The notes under the pieces are model-generated. The model worked only from the letters and a program-made list of their open reading frames with translations, did no database searches and was not told where the DNA came from. Positions 51,479-61,959 of a stretch of DNA of 64,000 bases are shown here, in pieces. Origin of the DNA: Vampirovibrionaceae bacterium NZW_1234 (GTDB lineage Bacteria > Cyanobacteriota > Vampirovibrionia > Vampirovibrionales > JAGQHJ01); contig JBGUGD010000025.1 in assembly GCA_041697335.1 (NCBI GenBank), positions 1 through 64,000 on the forward strand. The letters run 5' to 3'. The position numbers were made by a program, and so were the translations under genes. Numbering within the stretch: position 1 is the stretch's first letter; every line of letters begins with the position of its first letter.

Positions 51479-51904
51479 ATGGCACGAATTCAAAACAATA
51501 TGCAAACACCGATTTATGGTGCAATCAGTCGGAAGGATTTACCCAATGCACCCAGAGGAACTGGCGGGTATGAAATTATTAAAATCGATCCGGGTGAGAA
51601 ATCCCCGGAAGGGTTGGATGTGGATTGGGTGACCAATGAGGCTCCCAAAAATGAGAATGGAACCCTGAAGTACGACAAGGAAACCGGAGGGTTTAAAATC
51701 AGAGATACGTGGGGGGTTGATACCGGGCAAGTCTATGAATTCAACAAAGTCGAGGGAGGGATAGGAATTAGCGGCCCGAGCGGGGGTGGCTCCTGGGAAA
51801 AAGTGAAGGATATGAACAGCAATTTTGATATGGATGATGATAACGGCTTCGATGTCCGCACGTACCCCGGGCTGGTCGATAAAATTAAAAACTTTTTTAA
51901 TTAA
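51479..51904 (+). CDS. Hypothetical protein, tandem paralog B
   Basis: Same RBS context TGGAGGCTGGCGATATGGCACG; shared GLDVDWVTN, FKIRDTWGVDTGQ, DDDNGFDVRTY. Confidence 0.8.
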   Translation: MARIQNNMQTPIYGAISRKDLPNAPRGTGGYEIIKIDPGEKSPEGLDVDWVTNEAPKNENGTLKYDKETGGFKIRDTWGVDTGQVYEFNKVEGGIGISGPSGGGSWEKVKDMNSNFDMDDDNGFDVRTYPGLVDKIKNFFN

Positions 51905-52101
51905 GTATCCCAGAGTCCTCTAACTCCTAATTCGAGAATAAGCTTTAAATAACCTGGTTACCACTGTCCTTGGCAGTCTGCTAATTTTTATTGCAGCGGA
52001 TGCCAACAGTGGTGACCAGGTTTTTAGATGTTGGATGGATCTATGAGGTTGTTATGAAATTTTACAGAAATGAAGGGTGTATGGAGGAAGAGCCCTAAAA
52101 A

Positions 52102-53001
52102 TCATTTGTTAGGAATGTTCTGATAGGTACAAATATGTTCTGTAACGATGTTGCCATCTGGGTCTCGGGTTTTAATTTCAATTCGATCCTCCATCCTCCC
52201 GATTAAAATGTTTCGTTTGAGGAGTTGTGCACTAACGAATTGATGCCCTTCTCGCATAGGCAGGGTGATGCTTTTATCACCCCAATTAATTGTCACTCTC
52301 GGGCTTGAGAGATGACGTTCTCTTGTCTGAGGATCTTCGGAAACATCCTGATAGGTGGTAACTGTAACTGGCCTGTTTTGGCTATCTTTCTTGTTCAGTC
52401 GCTCCCGATACTCGGTGTATTCTTTTCTTTCAGGTGGTTTTGGCGGGACCTCCTGTTTTTTCTTATTCTCAGGTGGGGCTGTGGGTGGTTGTGGTTTGGG
52501 TGGAGGCAATGTTGGCGGTTTTTCTGCATCCGGTAATTTATTTGCCTCATAGGTCCTTCCGGTGAGGTTGCCATCTTTGTCAAATTCCCGATAGACGATT
52601 CTCCCGTTGTTGCTGTCAGCCACCATGTATTTTTTTCCGTCTTTTTCAACGACACGGAAATTGGGATCGAAGCGATTGCGGGTGTACATTTTCTGAGGTT
52701 TGCCGTCAACATACACCGTGTATTCCCGATTTCCGTCCGAGGTCATGTCATAATAATTCGAGACATACACGGGCTTGCCATTCACGGTACCCACCTGGGT
52801 GAGCTGTTCTCCCGGTGCCAGTGACGGTTGCACGTTCGAGCCGGATGCCGGAATGGGTTTCATCGAAATTGAATCAGTCGAACTTGACCGAGCCAACGAC
52901 GGCGCCAGCCCCGCATTTGAAGCCGTCTGTTTTTCGATACTGTCCGTATTTTTCCACAGGCCAACCTGCCCCGGGGAAGGGGTATTCGTATTGATCATCA
53001 T
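52102..53001 (-). CDS. Hypothetical protein with Pro-rich linker
   Basis: 299-aa ORF, GGAG RBS. Confidence 0.7.
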   Translation of the reverse strand: MMINTNTPSPGQVGLWKNTDSIEKQTASNAGLAPSLARSSSTDSISMKPIPASGSNVQPSLAPGEQLTQVGTVNGKPVYVSNYYDMTSDGNREYTVYVDGKPQKMYTRNRFDPNFRVVEKDGKKYMVADSNNGRIVYREFDKDGNLTGRTYEANKLPDAEKPPTLPPPKPQPPTAPPENKKKQEVPPKPPERKEYTEYRERLNKKDSQNRPVTVTTYQDVSEDPQTRERHLSSPRVTINWGDKSITLPMREGHQFVSAQLLKRNILIGRMEDRIEIKTRDPDGNIVTEHICTYQNIPNK

Positions 53002-53458
53002 AGTCAGTTACTCCAGCGTCTGTCAGTAAACACATTGCCGATAAAAAATATCAAGAAGAAACAATTTGACACTATAGGGATAAACGATTGGTTCATAAAA
53101 AAGATGACAGTATATTTTTTTTTGTAAAAAATACGCCAGATTGCAAAAAAATTATTAAACTGACATTCGATGGGCAGCGTCTAAGACCAGCTCAAATGGA
53201 CTTTTTATCAGAAAACGGTTTGATTTGGATCGAGAGAGCGGATGAAGAAAATTAAAAATTCATGACAGTGATCCCATTCACGCAGCATGTGGCAATAACG
53301 AATCATAATAGGGAATTTGACGTTTGGACTACTAGAAATATTATTTAAAGTTTAACGAGACAATTGAGGTACGGAGGTCTTTAGTCTTTATAGGGGAGTT
53401 TGTTTGATTTATAATGCCGAAATCTTCCAATTGTTGAGATCGCATGGAGGACTTGGGA

Positions 53459-53917
53459 ATGCGAATTATGGGTCTGCCTACGGCCACCAGGCCTCGTTTT
53501 AGCAGTAGTGTGGCGTCGGCGCCACAACCGGTGACGCCGCAACATGTGTATCACGAGGTGGTGGCGTTACTGAAACCGGATAACAAAACCTTGCTGGTGT
53601 CGCCCCCGTCTTACGAAACCCGAGATGGGCAACGTTTTGAAGTCATTCAGGTTATTGCCCATCACAGTGCCATGGCGCAAAAACCGATTGAACAGGCGTC
53701 CCAAACCTTGCAGGCGCATCCCAAGTATACGCCGGTGCAGCGCTTTAGCAAGACCATCTCTAAGGATCCAGCCACGGGCCAGCGTGTCTATGGTCCGCAA
53801 CAACCCATTGTGGAGCAGCATCCCTTGGTGTTTGCCCACGTGGATAACCCCCAGATTCACGTGAAGCTCGCTTACGGTGGGGATCTTCACTTTGACCCCA
53901 CGATAAAGTATGCATAG
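53459..53917 (+). CDS. Hypothetical protein with RFS leader
   Basis: GGAGG RBS; MRIMGLPTATRPRFSS. Confidence 0.7.
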   Translation: MRIMGLPTATRPRFSSSVASAPQPVTPQHVYHEVVALLKPDNKTLLVSPPSYETRDGQRFEVIQVIAHHSAMAQKPIEQASQTLQAHPKYTPVQRFSKTISKDPATGQRVYGPQQPIVEQHPLVFAHVDNPQIHVKLAYGGDLHFDPTIKYA

Positions 53918-53999
53918 ACGCCTATTCTTTTCCGACGTGAATACCTATCCCATGATTCTCCCTGGCGAAATCATGAGAGGGTTCTAATGCGTATGCTGA

Positions 54000-56489
54000 C
54001 TAGTTGTTGGGATTAATAAAGCTGGATTTAAACTCACTGACAAAGCTGCTGAAGTCGGACGTCATGCCCAGTTTTTTGAAAATGCTGGCCCATTTGGATG
54101 ACGCATTGGCATCTTTCTCATCCATCCAGATTTCCCGACTGGTATCGGTAGAGAGCGCAATTGATCCGGGGAGCCCCAAGAAGCTCCCAATAGCCACAGT
54201 GCCGTAGGTTAACACGCTACGAGAACCTTCGGTGGTATCCATGTATTCCTTGATATACGGAACTGTTTCCCCGGCGATACGGATGCGATGAATTATTCCT
54301 TTACTGTCTTTAACCTCAAACTCCATATCTTTCAATTTAAGAGGATGATGGACGCTGTCGGAGTAAGTGCTGACCAGTTCTTCTTTGGTAAATGAGTTAT
54401 GAGGATAAGGGGTAACCACATGGCGCAGGTAGGATTTAATTCCAAGCTCAGCCATGGAACTGATATCGGACTCGTAGCTGCCTTCGCCGTTAAACTTCCA
54501 TTGGTCCTTGTGTTTATTGGCCTGAACATATTTTGTAAATGCCGACCAGATGCGGTATTTGTTGGGGTTGGATTCATCCATGCTATTGATGTTGTCTAAT
54601 AACGTTCCCAGGTCTTTGACGGATAATTCTTTCTCAGTCTTGGTATCTAGAATTTCGTTCACTTTTTGCAATGCAATCTCTTCTGCTTTCTCGGGAGTCA
54701 AGGGCGGTGTGGTATTTTCATTGCCCGTGGGTTTGGGCATGTTTTTATCGATCAGTTCTTCCAGCGGCGTGACCCACATATGCTGTACCACCTGTGCCGC
54801 CACTTGATCCCGGACGTCTTTCGGTAAATCCTTAAACCCGTTGAAATCCCGGTTCTCGATATCTCGTATTGGCGGGTTTCCAAAGTTTATAAGGGTGGGT
54901 GGGGTTTTTAGTTTATTCTCCAGGGCCTCAATTTGCTTTTGCAACTGTGCTTTTTCAAGGCCTCGCGCCCTGGTAATTTGCTCTTTGTCCATAATATTCT
55001 GGCGCTCTTGTGCTTCGAGATCGGTAAGCACTCGAGGCGCACGACTCAGAAACTGAATTTCATTTTGAATTTTGGTTTCCAGTCGGGCTAAGTCGGCTTT
55101 TTCGGTGTCGGAGAGCGTTAGCCCTCTGTTCTGCATGCCTTTAAGCCAATCATAATGAATTCTTTCTTCATCTGTTGGCATATTGAATACCTTTAGCATT
55201 CTGATGGCTTCTTCTTCATCAAGGGGATTGTCCGGATCCTCCCAGTTGATGTCATCAAGGGTTCTCTCCAGACGTGTCTGGACATCGCCGATGCGCTTGT
55301 CGAGCAACGCATTTCGCTTTTTCAACAGTTCTTCCTCGGTTTGGTGGTCAAACACGGCCAACTGTTTTTTCTTCGCATCAACATACGCTTTCATGGTGTT
55401 TTGGTATATTTCCAAAAACTTCTGAGGATCTGAAATTTGAAGCTTTCCTTGGCGTTGTTCTTCAATCTCTCTCTCGTATTGGCCTAAAAGGTTTTCCAAG
55501 CCTTTAATATCTTCTTCGGAGGGGACCTGGTTGTTCGCAATGGCGCTTTTTACGGATTCCAATCGTTGCGAATTTCGAAGCTTCTCAGATTGAGACTTGG
55601 TTCCCAGGTCTTGGAGTTCCGAGCGCCAAGCATCGAATACGCTTTGGCGGTCTTGGGTTGGTTGACCATGGACAGGCGCATTTACGTCGACCTCGTTTGC
55701 CGCGGCCATGGCCATACCTGCCTGCGAGATTTCTGAGGAGAATGCACCGCTATTTTCAGGAACCCCGGTCGGTGCGTTCATGTCATCAATATTTCCCGTT
55801 TGAGCGGATACAAAAGAAAACATGGATGCAGGGTTTGTTGGAATGTTGCTGTAGAAGCCAGGGCTTGGTCCCGTGCTTTCTCCAAAGGTGCCGCTTTCTC
55901 CGAAGATGCCTTGTGTGCTAAAGCTACCGCTTTCTCCGAAAGTGTTTTGTGGGCCAAAGCTACCGCTTTCTCCGAAGGTGTTTTGTGTGCTAAAGCTACC
56001 GCTTTCTCCGAAAGTGTTTTGTGGGCCAAAGCTACCGCTTTCTCCGAAGATGCCTTGTGCGCCAAAGCTACCGCTTTCTCCGAAGGTGCCTTGTGGGCCA
56101 AAGCTACCGCTTTCTCCGAAGATGCCTTGTGCGCCAAAAGTGCCGCTTTCTCCGAAGGTGGCTTGTGTGCCAGAGGGGCCTTGAAATCCTGAGGTGCTGG
56201 GATGGCCGGAGGGGCCTTGAATCGTATTCGTGTCACTTGTGGATGGATAGACCAGGGGGGTAGGCCAAACGGAATAGAGGAGTGCATTTGAAACACTGAT
56301 GAATTGATAGAACGTGTTAAAGTTGACAATATCGACTGTATACCCTGTATTACCGATGGGTGGGTTTGGGGGGAGATAGCTATTGGTTGATGAAGCCTCC
56401 CCAGTAACACCGTTGGGAGGGGTATGCGGTGTCACTGTATTATCGGTGCCATAGTAAAGATTAAATGCGTTGGGCTCTATCGTCGCCAT
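54000..56489 (-). CDS. Large hypothetical protein with FG-rich 12-aa repeats and coiled coil
   Basis: 8 x (T/I)FGESG(S/T)F.., long helical middle region. Confidence 0.8.
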   Translation of the reverse strand: MATIEPNAFNLYYGTDNTVTPHTPPNGVTGEASSTNSYLPPNPPIGNTGYTVDIVNFNTFYQFISVSNALLYSVWPTPLVYPSTSDTNTIQGPSGHPSTSGFQGPSGTQATFGESGTFGAQGIFGESGSFGPQGTFGESGSFGAQGIFGESGSFGPQNTFGESGSFSTQNTFGESGSFGPQNTFGESGSFSTQGIFGESGTFGESTGPSPGFYSNIPTNPASMFSFVSAQTGNIDDMNAPTGVPENSGAFSSEISQAGMAMAAANEVDVNAPVHGQPTQDRQSVFDAWRSELQDLGTKSQSEKLRNSQRLESVKSAIANNQVPSEEDIKGLENLLGQYEREIEEQRQGKLQISDPQKFLEIYQNTMKAYVDAKKKQLAVFDHQTEEELLKKRNALLDKRIGDVQTRLERTLDDINWEDPDNPLDEEEAIRMLKVFNMPTDEERIHYDWLKGMQNRGLTLSDTEKADLARLETKIQNEIQFLSRAPRVLTDLEAQERQNIMDKEQITRARGLEKAQLQKQIEALENKLKTPPTLINFGNPPIRDIENRDFNGFKDLPKDVRDQVAAQVVQHMWVTPLEELIDKNMPKPTGNENTTPPLTPEKAEEIALQKVNEILDTKTEKELSVKDLGTLLDNINSMDESNPNKYRIWSAFTKYVQANKHKDQWKFNGEGSYESDISSMAELGIKSYLRHVVTPYPHNSFTKEELVSTYSDSVHHPLKLKDMEFEVKDSKGIIHRIRIAGETVPYIKEYMDTTEGSRSVLTYGTVAIGSFLGLPGSIALSTDTSREIWMDEKDANASSKWASIFKKLGMTSDFSSFVSEFKSSFINPNN
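55873..56160 (-). repeat. 36-bp coding tandem repeat, 8 copies
   Basis: Repeated CCGCTTTCTCCGAA core at 36-bp period. Confidence 0.92.
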
Positions 56490-56728
56490 ACACAACTCTC
56501 TTTCCATTTGTGGGCAAGCATAATGTTGCAATTTCTTTCGGCAGGAAAAGAGACCTGCTACAGCATGGTTTATTGAAATGTTACTTTGTTACATGTGGCT
56601 TATGAGGCCATGGTCAAGTAAAAGCGAGCAATTCGATAACGTGGGCCATGTATGAACAAATATTAAATGGGTGACACAGTCGAATGGTTTTAAGCATACA
56701 ACGGACACGGTGAGGCCATGAAATGCCC

Positions 56729-57106
56729 TTAAGGCAGGGTGCGGGCGAGGAGGCGGTCGACCGGGTGGTTTTCGATCAGGTGGCTTTGGACGATTTCGGG
56801 GACATCTTCGGGTTGAACATGATAGTACCAGACGCCGTCGGGGTAGATCATCACGGCAGGGCCGGTCTGACACAGGCCAATAGAGCCGCAGGTGGTGACG
56901 ATGACGGATCCGTCCTTGGACCCGCGTTTGCCGTAAAGAAGCCCCTTTTCGGCCAGGACATTCCAAAAGGCTTCCAGAACGGCCTCGCTGCCGTTCGCAC
57001 TACAGGACTTACCGGTACACACAAACACGTGCCGGGTTAAGGGGGCCGTGACCACCGGGGATTTTTCAACAAGTGCTTCTCGGCTCAGCATCATTATCGA
57101 ATCCAA
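56729..57106 (-). CDS. Thioredoxin-like [2Fe-2S] ferredoxin
   Basis: HVFVCTGKSC, GLCQTGP, YPDGVWY. Confidence 0.88.
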   Translation of the reverse strand: MDSIMMLSREALVEKSPVVTAPLTRHVFVCTGKSCSANGSEAVLEAFWNVLAEKGLLYGKRGSKDGSVIVTTCGSIGLCQTGPAVMIYPDGVWYYHVQPEDVPEIVQSHLIENHPVDRLLARTLP

Positions 57107-57251
57107 TCAATCGCATCCATTCAATCGGTCAACTGTCGATACTTTACCGTGAGTGGCCGCGCGTTGCAAATGGCCTATAGGCAGCACGCTGTGCTTCATG
57201 TACACTCAATGCCAGAACACGGCACTTGAATTATAGGGAGACTATCGACAC

Positions 57252-57731
57252 ATGGAAGCTGTTTCATTGAAAGAGACCCTGGGAAAAGCCATTGGCAAAA
57301 TCGCCAGCGGGCTGTATGTGGTGACCACCGGATCGGGCGAGCAGAAACAGGGGTTTTTGGCCTCCTGGATTATGCAGGCCAGCTTTGAACCCCCGATGCT
57401 GACCGTCGCTGTCCAGAAAGACCGGGATATTCTGAAGCTTATCGAGGAAAACAAGCGCTTTGTGGTCAATGTCCTGAGCGACAGCAACTCCAACCTGATG
57501 GGCAAGTTTGCCAAGTACAGCCCGGAACAGTTCCAGGATGTGCCGGCCTATGAAAACGACCATGGCGTGGTATTGAAAGATACGGTGGCCTTTATGGCGT
57601 GCGATCTCGTTCGGGTCTGGTCCGAGGGCGGGGATCACGTCCTGCTGGTGGGGCAGATTGTGGATGGTGAAGTGATGAATGCCGATCTGCAACCTTGGAC
57701 GCACCTGCGGAAAAATGGGTTTTCTTACTAA
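57252..57731 (+). CDS. Flavin reductase-family protein
   Basis: SGLYVVT, ASWIMQASFEPP, GDH. Confidence 0.9.
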   Translation: MEAVSLKETLGKAIGKIASGLYVVTTGSGEQKQGFLASWIMQASFEPPMLTVAVQKDRDILKLIEENKRFVVNVLSDSNSNLMGKFAKYSPEQFQDVPAYENDHGVVLKDTVAFMACDLVRVWSEGGDHVLLVGQIVDGEVMNADLQPWTHLRKNGFSY

Positions 57732-57749
57732 CAAAGCCATGTTGGACGG

Positions 57750-58094
57750 ATGCCCGTTCTGATTCGTCGCACCAAACAAGGAACCTGGCTGTTCCCGGTG
57801 GTTGTGACCCCCAAATCCCATGCGGATGAGGTGGTGCCCGTCGTGGCCAACGATGAGGCGATTGCCGTGAAAGTCCGCGCGCTGCCGGATAAGGGGGCTG
57901 CCAATCAGGCGGTTATCGCTGTTCTGGCCAAAGCCCTGAAGCTCCCGAAAACAAGCCTCAGTGTCGCTCATGGGGCCACCTCCCGCCAGAAGCAAATTGC
58001 CCTGGAGGGCATTGCCGATGCGGCGCAGTTGCTGAGCCACTTCAGTGCCATTGCGGCGGCGCCTCCCGAGACCGTGTTTTTGTTTCGAGAATAA
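57750..58094 (+). CDS. DUF167/YggU-family protein
   Basis: VTPKS, PDKGAANQA, GATSRQK. Confidence 0.88.
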   Translation: MPVLIRRTKQGTWLFPVVVTPKSHADEVVPVVANDEAIAVKVRALPDKGAANQAVIAVLAKALKLPKTSLSVAHGATSRQKQIALEGIADAAQLLSHFSAIAAAPPETVFLFRE

Positions 58095-58209
58095 GGTTCG
58101 AGGGGCCGGTCTCCGGGTCATCGGCGTGGCTGACCTGAGGTTGCTCAGCCATGCCGGGTTCGGGTTTCTGGTATGATTGCCGATGTTGAAACGGCCTGTG
58201 TGCGACGCA

Positions 58210-58986
58210 ATGGACAAGCATTTTATCTGTGATATGGACGGCGTGGTATACCGGGGTAATCGGATGATTCCCGGGATTCAGGTTTTTCTGGAGCGGCTTC
58301 AGGCCCATGGGCGGCGGGTTTTATTTTTGACCAACAGCTCTTCCCGCACTGCCGAACAATGCAAGGCTAAGCTCGAGGACTTGGGGCTGTCGGGGATTGA
58401 AGCGCATCAGTTTTTTACCGCCGCCATGGCCACGGCGCGGTTTCTGGCCCATCAGACGCTCCCTAAAACCGCCTATGTCATTGGCGGCGAAGGCCTTCGG
58501 CAGGAGCTGCGCCAGGTCGGGTTTGAGTTAACCGACCGGGATCCGGCCTACGTCATTCTGGGGCATACGCAGGAGTTTAATTTTTCCATGCTGTCCACGG
58601 CCACCCGCTTAATTCGCGGAGGAAGCCGCTTTGTGGCCACCAACCCGGATCCGGTGGATCCGGTGGAAGATGGTGTGGAACCGGCATGCGGCAGTTTGAT
58701 TGCGGCCGTTCAGACGGCGACCAATAAAATGCCTTATATCATTGGGAAACCCAACGCACTGATGATGCGTATGGCCCGGGAGACCATGGGGCTGGAGGCT
58801 GAACGTCTGGTGATGGTCGGGGATCGGATGGATACGGATATCAAGGCCGGTCTGGAGGCAGGAATGACCACCGTGTTAGTATTGTCCGGCGTGACGGCAC
58901 GAGAAGATCTCAGCCAATATGCCTACCAACCCGATTATGTGTTTGACGATGCCGGTCAGATCGATTTGGCCCAGGTGGCGCTATGA
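58210..58986 (+). CDS. HAD-IIA hydrolase (NagD-like)
   Basis: DMDGV, LTNSS, TNPD, GKP, GDRMDTDI. Confidence 0.92.
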   Translation: MDKHFICDMDGVVYRGNRMIPGIQVFLERLQAHGRRVLFLTNSSSRTAEQCKAKLEDLGLSGIEAHQFFTAAMATARFLAHQTLPKTAYVIGGEGLRQELRQVGFELTDRDPAYVILGHTQEFNFSMLSTATRLIRGGSRFVATNPDPVDPVEDGVEPACGSLIAAVQTATNKMPYIIGKPNALMMRMARETMGLEAERLVMVGDRMDTDIKAGLEAGMTTVLVLSGVTAREDLSQYAYQPDYVFDDAGQIDLAQVAL

Positions 58987-60035
58987 AGATTACGGTTCCG
59001 GCCTTGCTCCGCATCAAGCCAAATGCCCTGGAAAAAGTCGGCAAGTATCTGTGCGCCTTGGACATCGACCATGTCGCTGTGCTGTATGCCGATGGCTTGT
59101 CCACCCAGCTGCATGAACAGGTTGAATCCTCGTGTCGTCAATGGAAGCGGACAATCACGGCCGTGCAGACGGTAACCTCCAACGAGACTCGTGTGTTGTT
59201 TGATTTGTCTCTTAACCTGCCCGAAAACACCGGAGGGCTGATGGTATTGGGGGGCGGACGAGCCATTGATGCCGGGAAGTACCTGTCGCACATGTTGCAA
59301 ATACCGCTGCTGGTGTGTCCGACCATTGTGTCCAATGACGGCGTGGCGTCGCCGTTCTCTTCTCTGCTGTTTGACGGGGTAAAACGTACCGTACGAACCC
59401 GCCTCCCCGCAGGTATCGTTGTGGATACCGCCATCGTGGCCCAAGCGCCGGTGCAATTTTATTACTCAGGGGTGGGCGATTTGGTGTCCAATCTGACGGC
59501 GATTGCCGACTGGAAGGCGGCCTATCACCATCATGGGCTTTATGTCGATGATTTTGCCGTGTCCGTGTCCCAAACGGCCGCCGAGAATTTTATACACTCT
59601 CCCGAGACGTCGCCCATCGATTATGCATGTTTGCGAACCTTGGCCAATGGCCTGATCTTGAGCGGTATTGCGATGGAGGTCGCCGGATCCAGCCGTCCGG
59701 CCAGTGGCAGCGAGCACCTGATTTCGCATGCCTATGACACGTTGCCCGAATCCCAAGCCAGCTTGCACGGGTTGCAGGTGGGTGTCGCCGCCTATGCCGT
59801 CAGTGCGATTCAGGAAAAAACACACAAGCAGGTCCGTCAGTGCCTTCTCGACAGTGGCTTTGTCGATTATATGAAGCATCATCCGCTGTCAAAGCAGGCG
59901 TTTCTCACCGCTGTCCAAAAAGCTCCCCGGATGAAAGAGAATTTTTACACGCTTCTTTCTGAATCGGACTCTATGGCCGCATTGTTGGATTTTGTCCATC
60001 GGGATGCGCTCCTTAACGAAATGCTCGCCGAGTAA
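58983..60035 (+). CDS. Glycerol-1-phosphate dehydrogenase-like (iron-containing ADH/DHQS superfamily)
   Basis: GGGRAIDAGK, SNDGVASP, SRPASGSEHLISH, HGLQVG. Confidence 0.85.
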   Translation: MKITVPALLRIKPNALEKVGKYLCALDIDHVAVLYADGLSTQLHEQVESSCRQWKRTITAVQTVTSNETRVLFDLSLNLPENTGGLMVLGGGRAIDAGKYLSHMLQIPLLVCPTIVSNDGVASPFSSLLFDGVKRTVRTRLPAGIVVDTAIVAQAPVQFYYSGVGDLVSNLTAIADWKAAYHHHGLYVDDFAVSVSQTAAENFIHSPETSPIDYACLRTLANGLILSGIAMEVAGSSRPASGSEHLISHAYDTLPESQASLHGLQVGVAAYAVSAIQEKTHKQVRQCLLDSGFVDYMKHHPLSKQAFLTAVQKAPRMKENFYTLLSESDSMAALLDFVHRDALLNEMLAE

Positions 60036-60146
60036 TGCTGGGCCGAGTTGTGCCGTGGGGCTTTACTCGATGATCATCCCTCGGGCATAATGATGGCGAT
60101 GGAAAGAGGCCCCTGGTTAACACACACGGCACATGGACCATAGACA

Positions 60147-61811
60147 ATGAACTTTTGGATGTTCCTGACGGCGTTGATGCCCATACTGGCAGTATTCGTT
60201 CTGTTGGTGGTGCTTCGACTCCCTGCCATGCGTGCCATGCCCATTGGGTTGGCTCTGACCGCATTGATGGCTTGGCGGTTTTGGCAGATGACTCCGGTCC
60301 ACCTTGCGGCGGCATGCGTGGAAGGTCTGTTTGCAGCGGCTTCCATTCTCTGGATTGTTTTCGGGGCTGTCTTTTTGCTGAAAGTGCTGACGTTGAGCGG
60401 TGCCATTGATACCATCCGCAATGCCTTCACCCACATTTCACCGGACCGGCGGGTTCAGGCCATCATCATTGCGTGGCTGTTTGGCGCCTTTATTGAGGGC
60501 GCTGCCGGTTTTGGGACCCCTGCAGCCCTGGGGGCGCCGCTTATGGTTGCGATTGGCTTTCCGTTATTGCCGGCTGTGGTATTGGCCTTGGTTGCCGACA
60601 GTTCCCCGGTCTCTTTTGGTGCCGTGGGAACCCCGATTCTCATTGGTATGAATCAGGGACTTCACGTGGGCGGGGATGTTGCTCCTGAAGTGGCCGGATA
60701 CTTGGATATGCAATCCCTGGACAGCTTTTTAAAACAGGTGACTGCCCAAACCGTGATGATGGATCTTTGCATCGGCACGTGGATCCCCCTGATGCTTGCC
60801 GTGATGCTGACTCGGTTTTTCGGTAAAAACCGAAGCTGGAAAGAGGGACTGGGCATCTGGAAGTTTGCTTTGTTTGCCGGGTTGGCCTTTGAAGTGCCTG
60901 CGTTAATCTCTGCCTTGTGGCTGGGGCCTGAGTTTCCGGCACTGATTGGCGGGTTAGTGGGTTTGGGCATTGTTGTACCAGCCGTTCAACGGGGCTTCCT
61001 CCAGTCTGATACACCATGGGATGATTTTTCGGAACCCCTGGACTCCGGGATGGCGTCATCGGAACGGCTACTCAATAGGCCGATACTCTCCATGAGCCTG
61101 CACATGGCCTGGCTGCCCTATATCCTCGTCGCCCTCGTATTGGTTCTGACCCGGATGGATGCGTTACCGTTGAAGGCTGCCTTACAGGGCATTGGGGTTG
61201 GGTGGTCGTCTATTCTGGGAACGTCCATGTCTGCTCGCCTGGAGCCCTTGTATCTGCCTGGGGCAACCTTTGTGGCGGTGGCCATGTCAACGACATGGCT
61301 TCATCGCTTGACCATCAAGGATATGGCCCTTCCTCTCCGGCAGACGGTGCACACGCTGATGCCCAGTGTGGTCGCTTTGGGGGCGGCGGTCCCGATGGTC
61401 CGTATCTTTACCAATTCGGACATCAACACGGCAGGCTTGCAGAGCATGCCGGTTGAACTGGCCACCCTGTTTTCCAATGCCCTGGGGACGCTATGGCCCC
61501 TTATTGCTCCTCTTGTTGGTTCTCTGGGGTCCTTTGTCTCGGGTTCGGCCACGTTCTCCAACATGATGTTCAGTCTGTTCCAGTTTTCCGCCGCGGTCCA
61601 GGTGAATATGGATCCCCATATCATTCTGGCGGCACAGATGCTGGGAGCCAATGCCGGAAATATGATATGTGTGCTGAATGTGGTGGCTGCGGCCAGTGTT
61701 GTTGGCCTTAGCGGCAAGGAAGGAGCCATTATCCGCTACACGATTGTACCGATGATCGGTATGATTTTGGTGGCCGGTTTGCTGGCCTTCTTATGGGCGA
61801 CAATGACTTGA
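60147..61811 (+). CDS. lctP: L-lactate permease
   Basis: [35 protein letters not shown]. Confidence 0.92.
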   Translation: MNFWMFLTALMPILAVFVLLVVLRLPAMRAMPIGLALTALMAWRFWQMTPVHLAAACVEGLFAAASILWIVFGAVFLLKVLTLSGAIDTIRNAFTHISPDRRVQAIIIAWLFGAFIEGAAGFGTPAALGAPLMVAIGFPLLPAVVLALVADSSPVSFGAVGTPILIGMNQGLHVGGDVAPEVAGYLDMQSLDSFLKQVTAQTVMMDLCIGTWIPLMLAVMLTRFFGKNRSWKEGLGIWKFALFAGLAFEVPALISALWLGPEFPALIGGLVGLGIVVPAVQRGFLQSDTPWDDFSEPLDSGMASSERLLNRPILSMSLHMAWLPYILVALVLVLTRMDALPLKAALQGIGVGWSSILGTSMSARLEPLYLPGATFVAVAMSTTWLHRLTIKDMALPLRQTVHTLMPSVVALGAAVPMVRIFTNSDINTAGLQSMPVELATLFSNALGTLWPLIAPLVGSLGSFVSGSATFSNMMFSLFQFSAAVQVNMDPHIILAAQMLGANAGNMICVLNVVAAASVVGLSGKEGAIIRYTIVPMIGMILVAGLLAFLWATMT

Positions 61812-61959
61812 ACGCATCACGCTGCTTGTAAGACAGCCTACCTGCTGAATAGGCAAAGCCCATGGTTATCCGGGACACTGTTGAACACCACGATCGTCAA
61901 GCGGCTTGAGCAAGGCCAGCTGGTTTGAGTGTTGATTACCGGGAGGCTGCAGGAATCAG

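Noticed and set aside
53027..53044. Sigma28 promoter (TAAA...GCCGATAA)
   Set aside because: Spacing is 6 nt instead of 15, and it points away from the adjacent gene.
55778..56410. Alternative-frame repeat ORFs (SEKAVALAHK, LSPKV)
   Set aside because: By-products of the stop-free 36-bp repeat inside the 54000-56489 gene.
57264..58217. 317-aa minus-strand ORF
   Set aside because: Overlaps well-supported flavin reductase and DUF167 genes on the plus strand.
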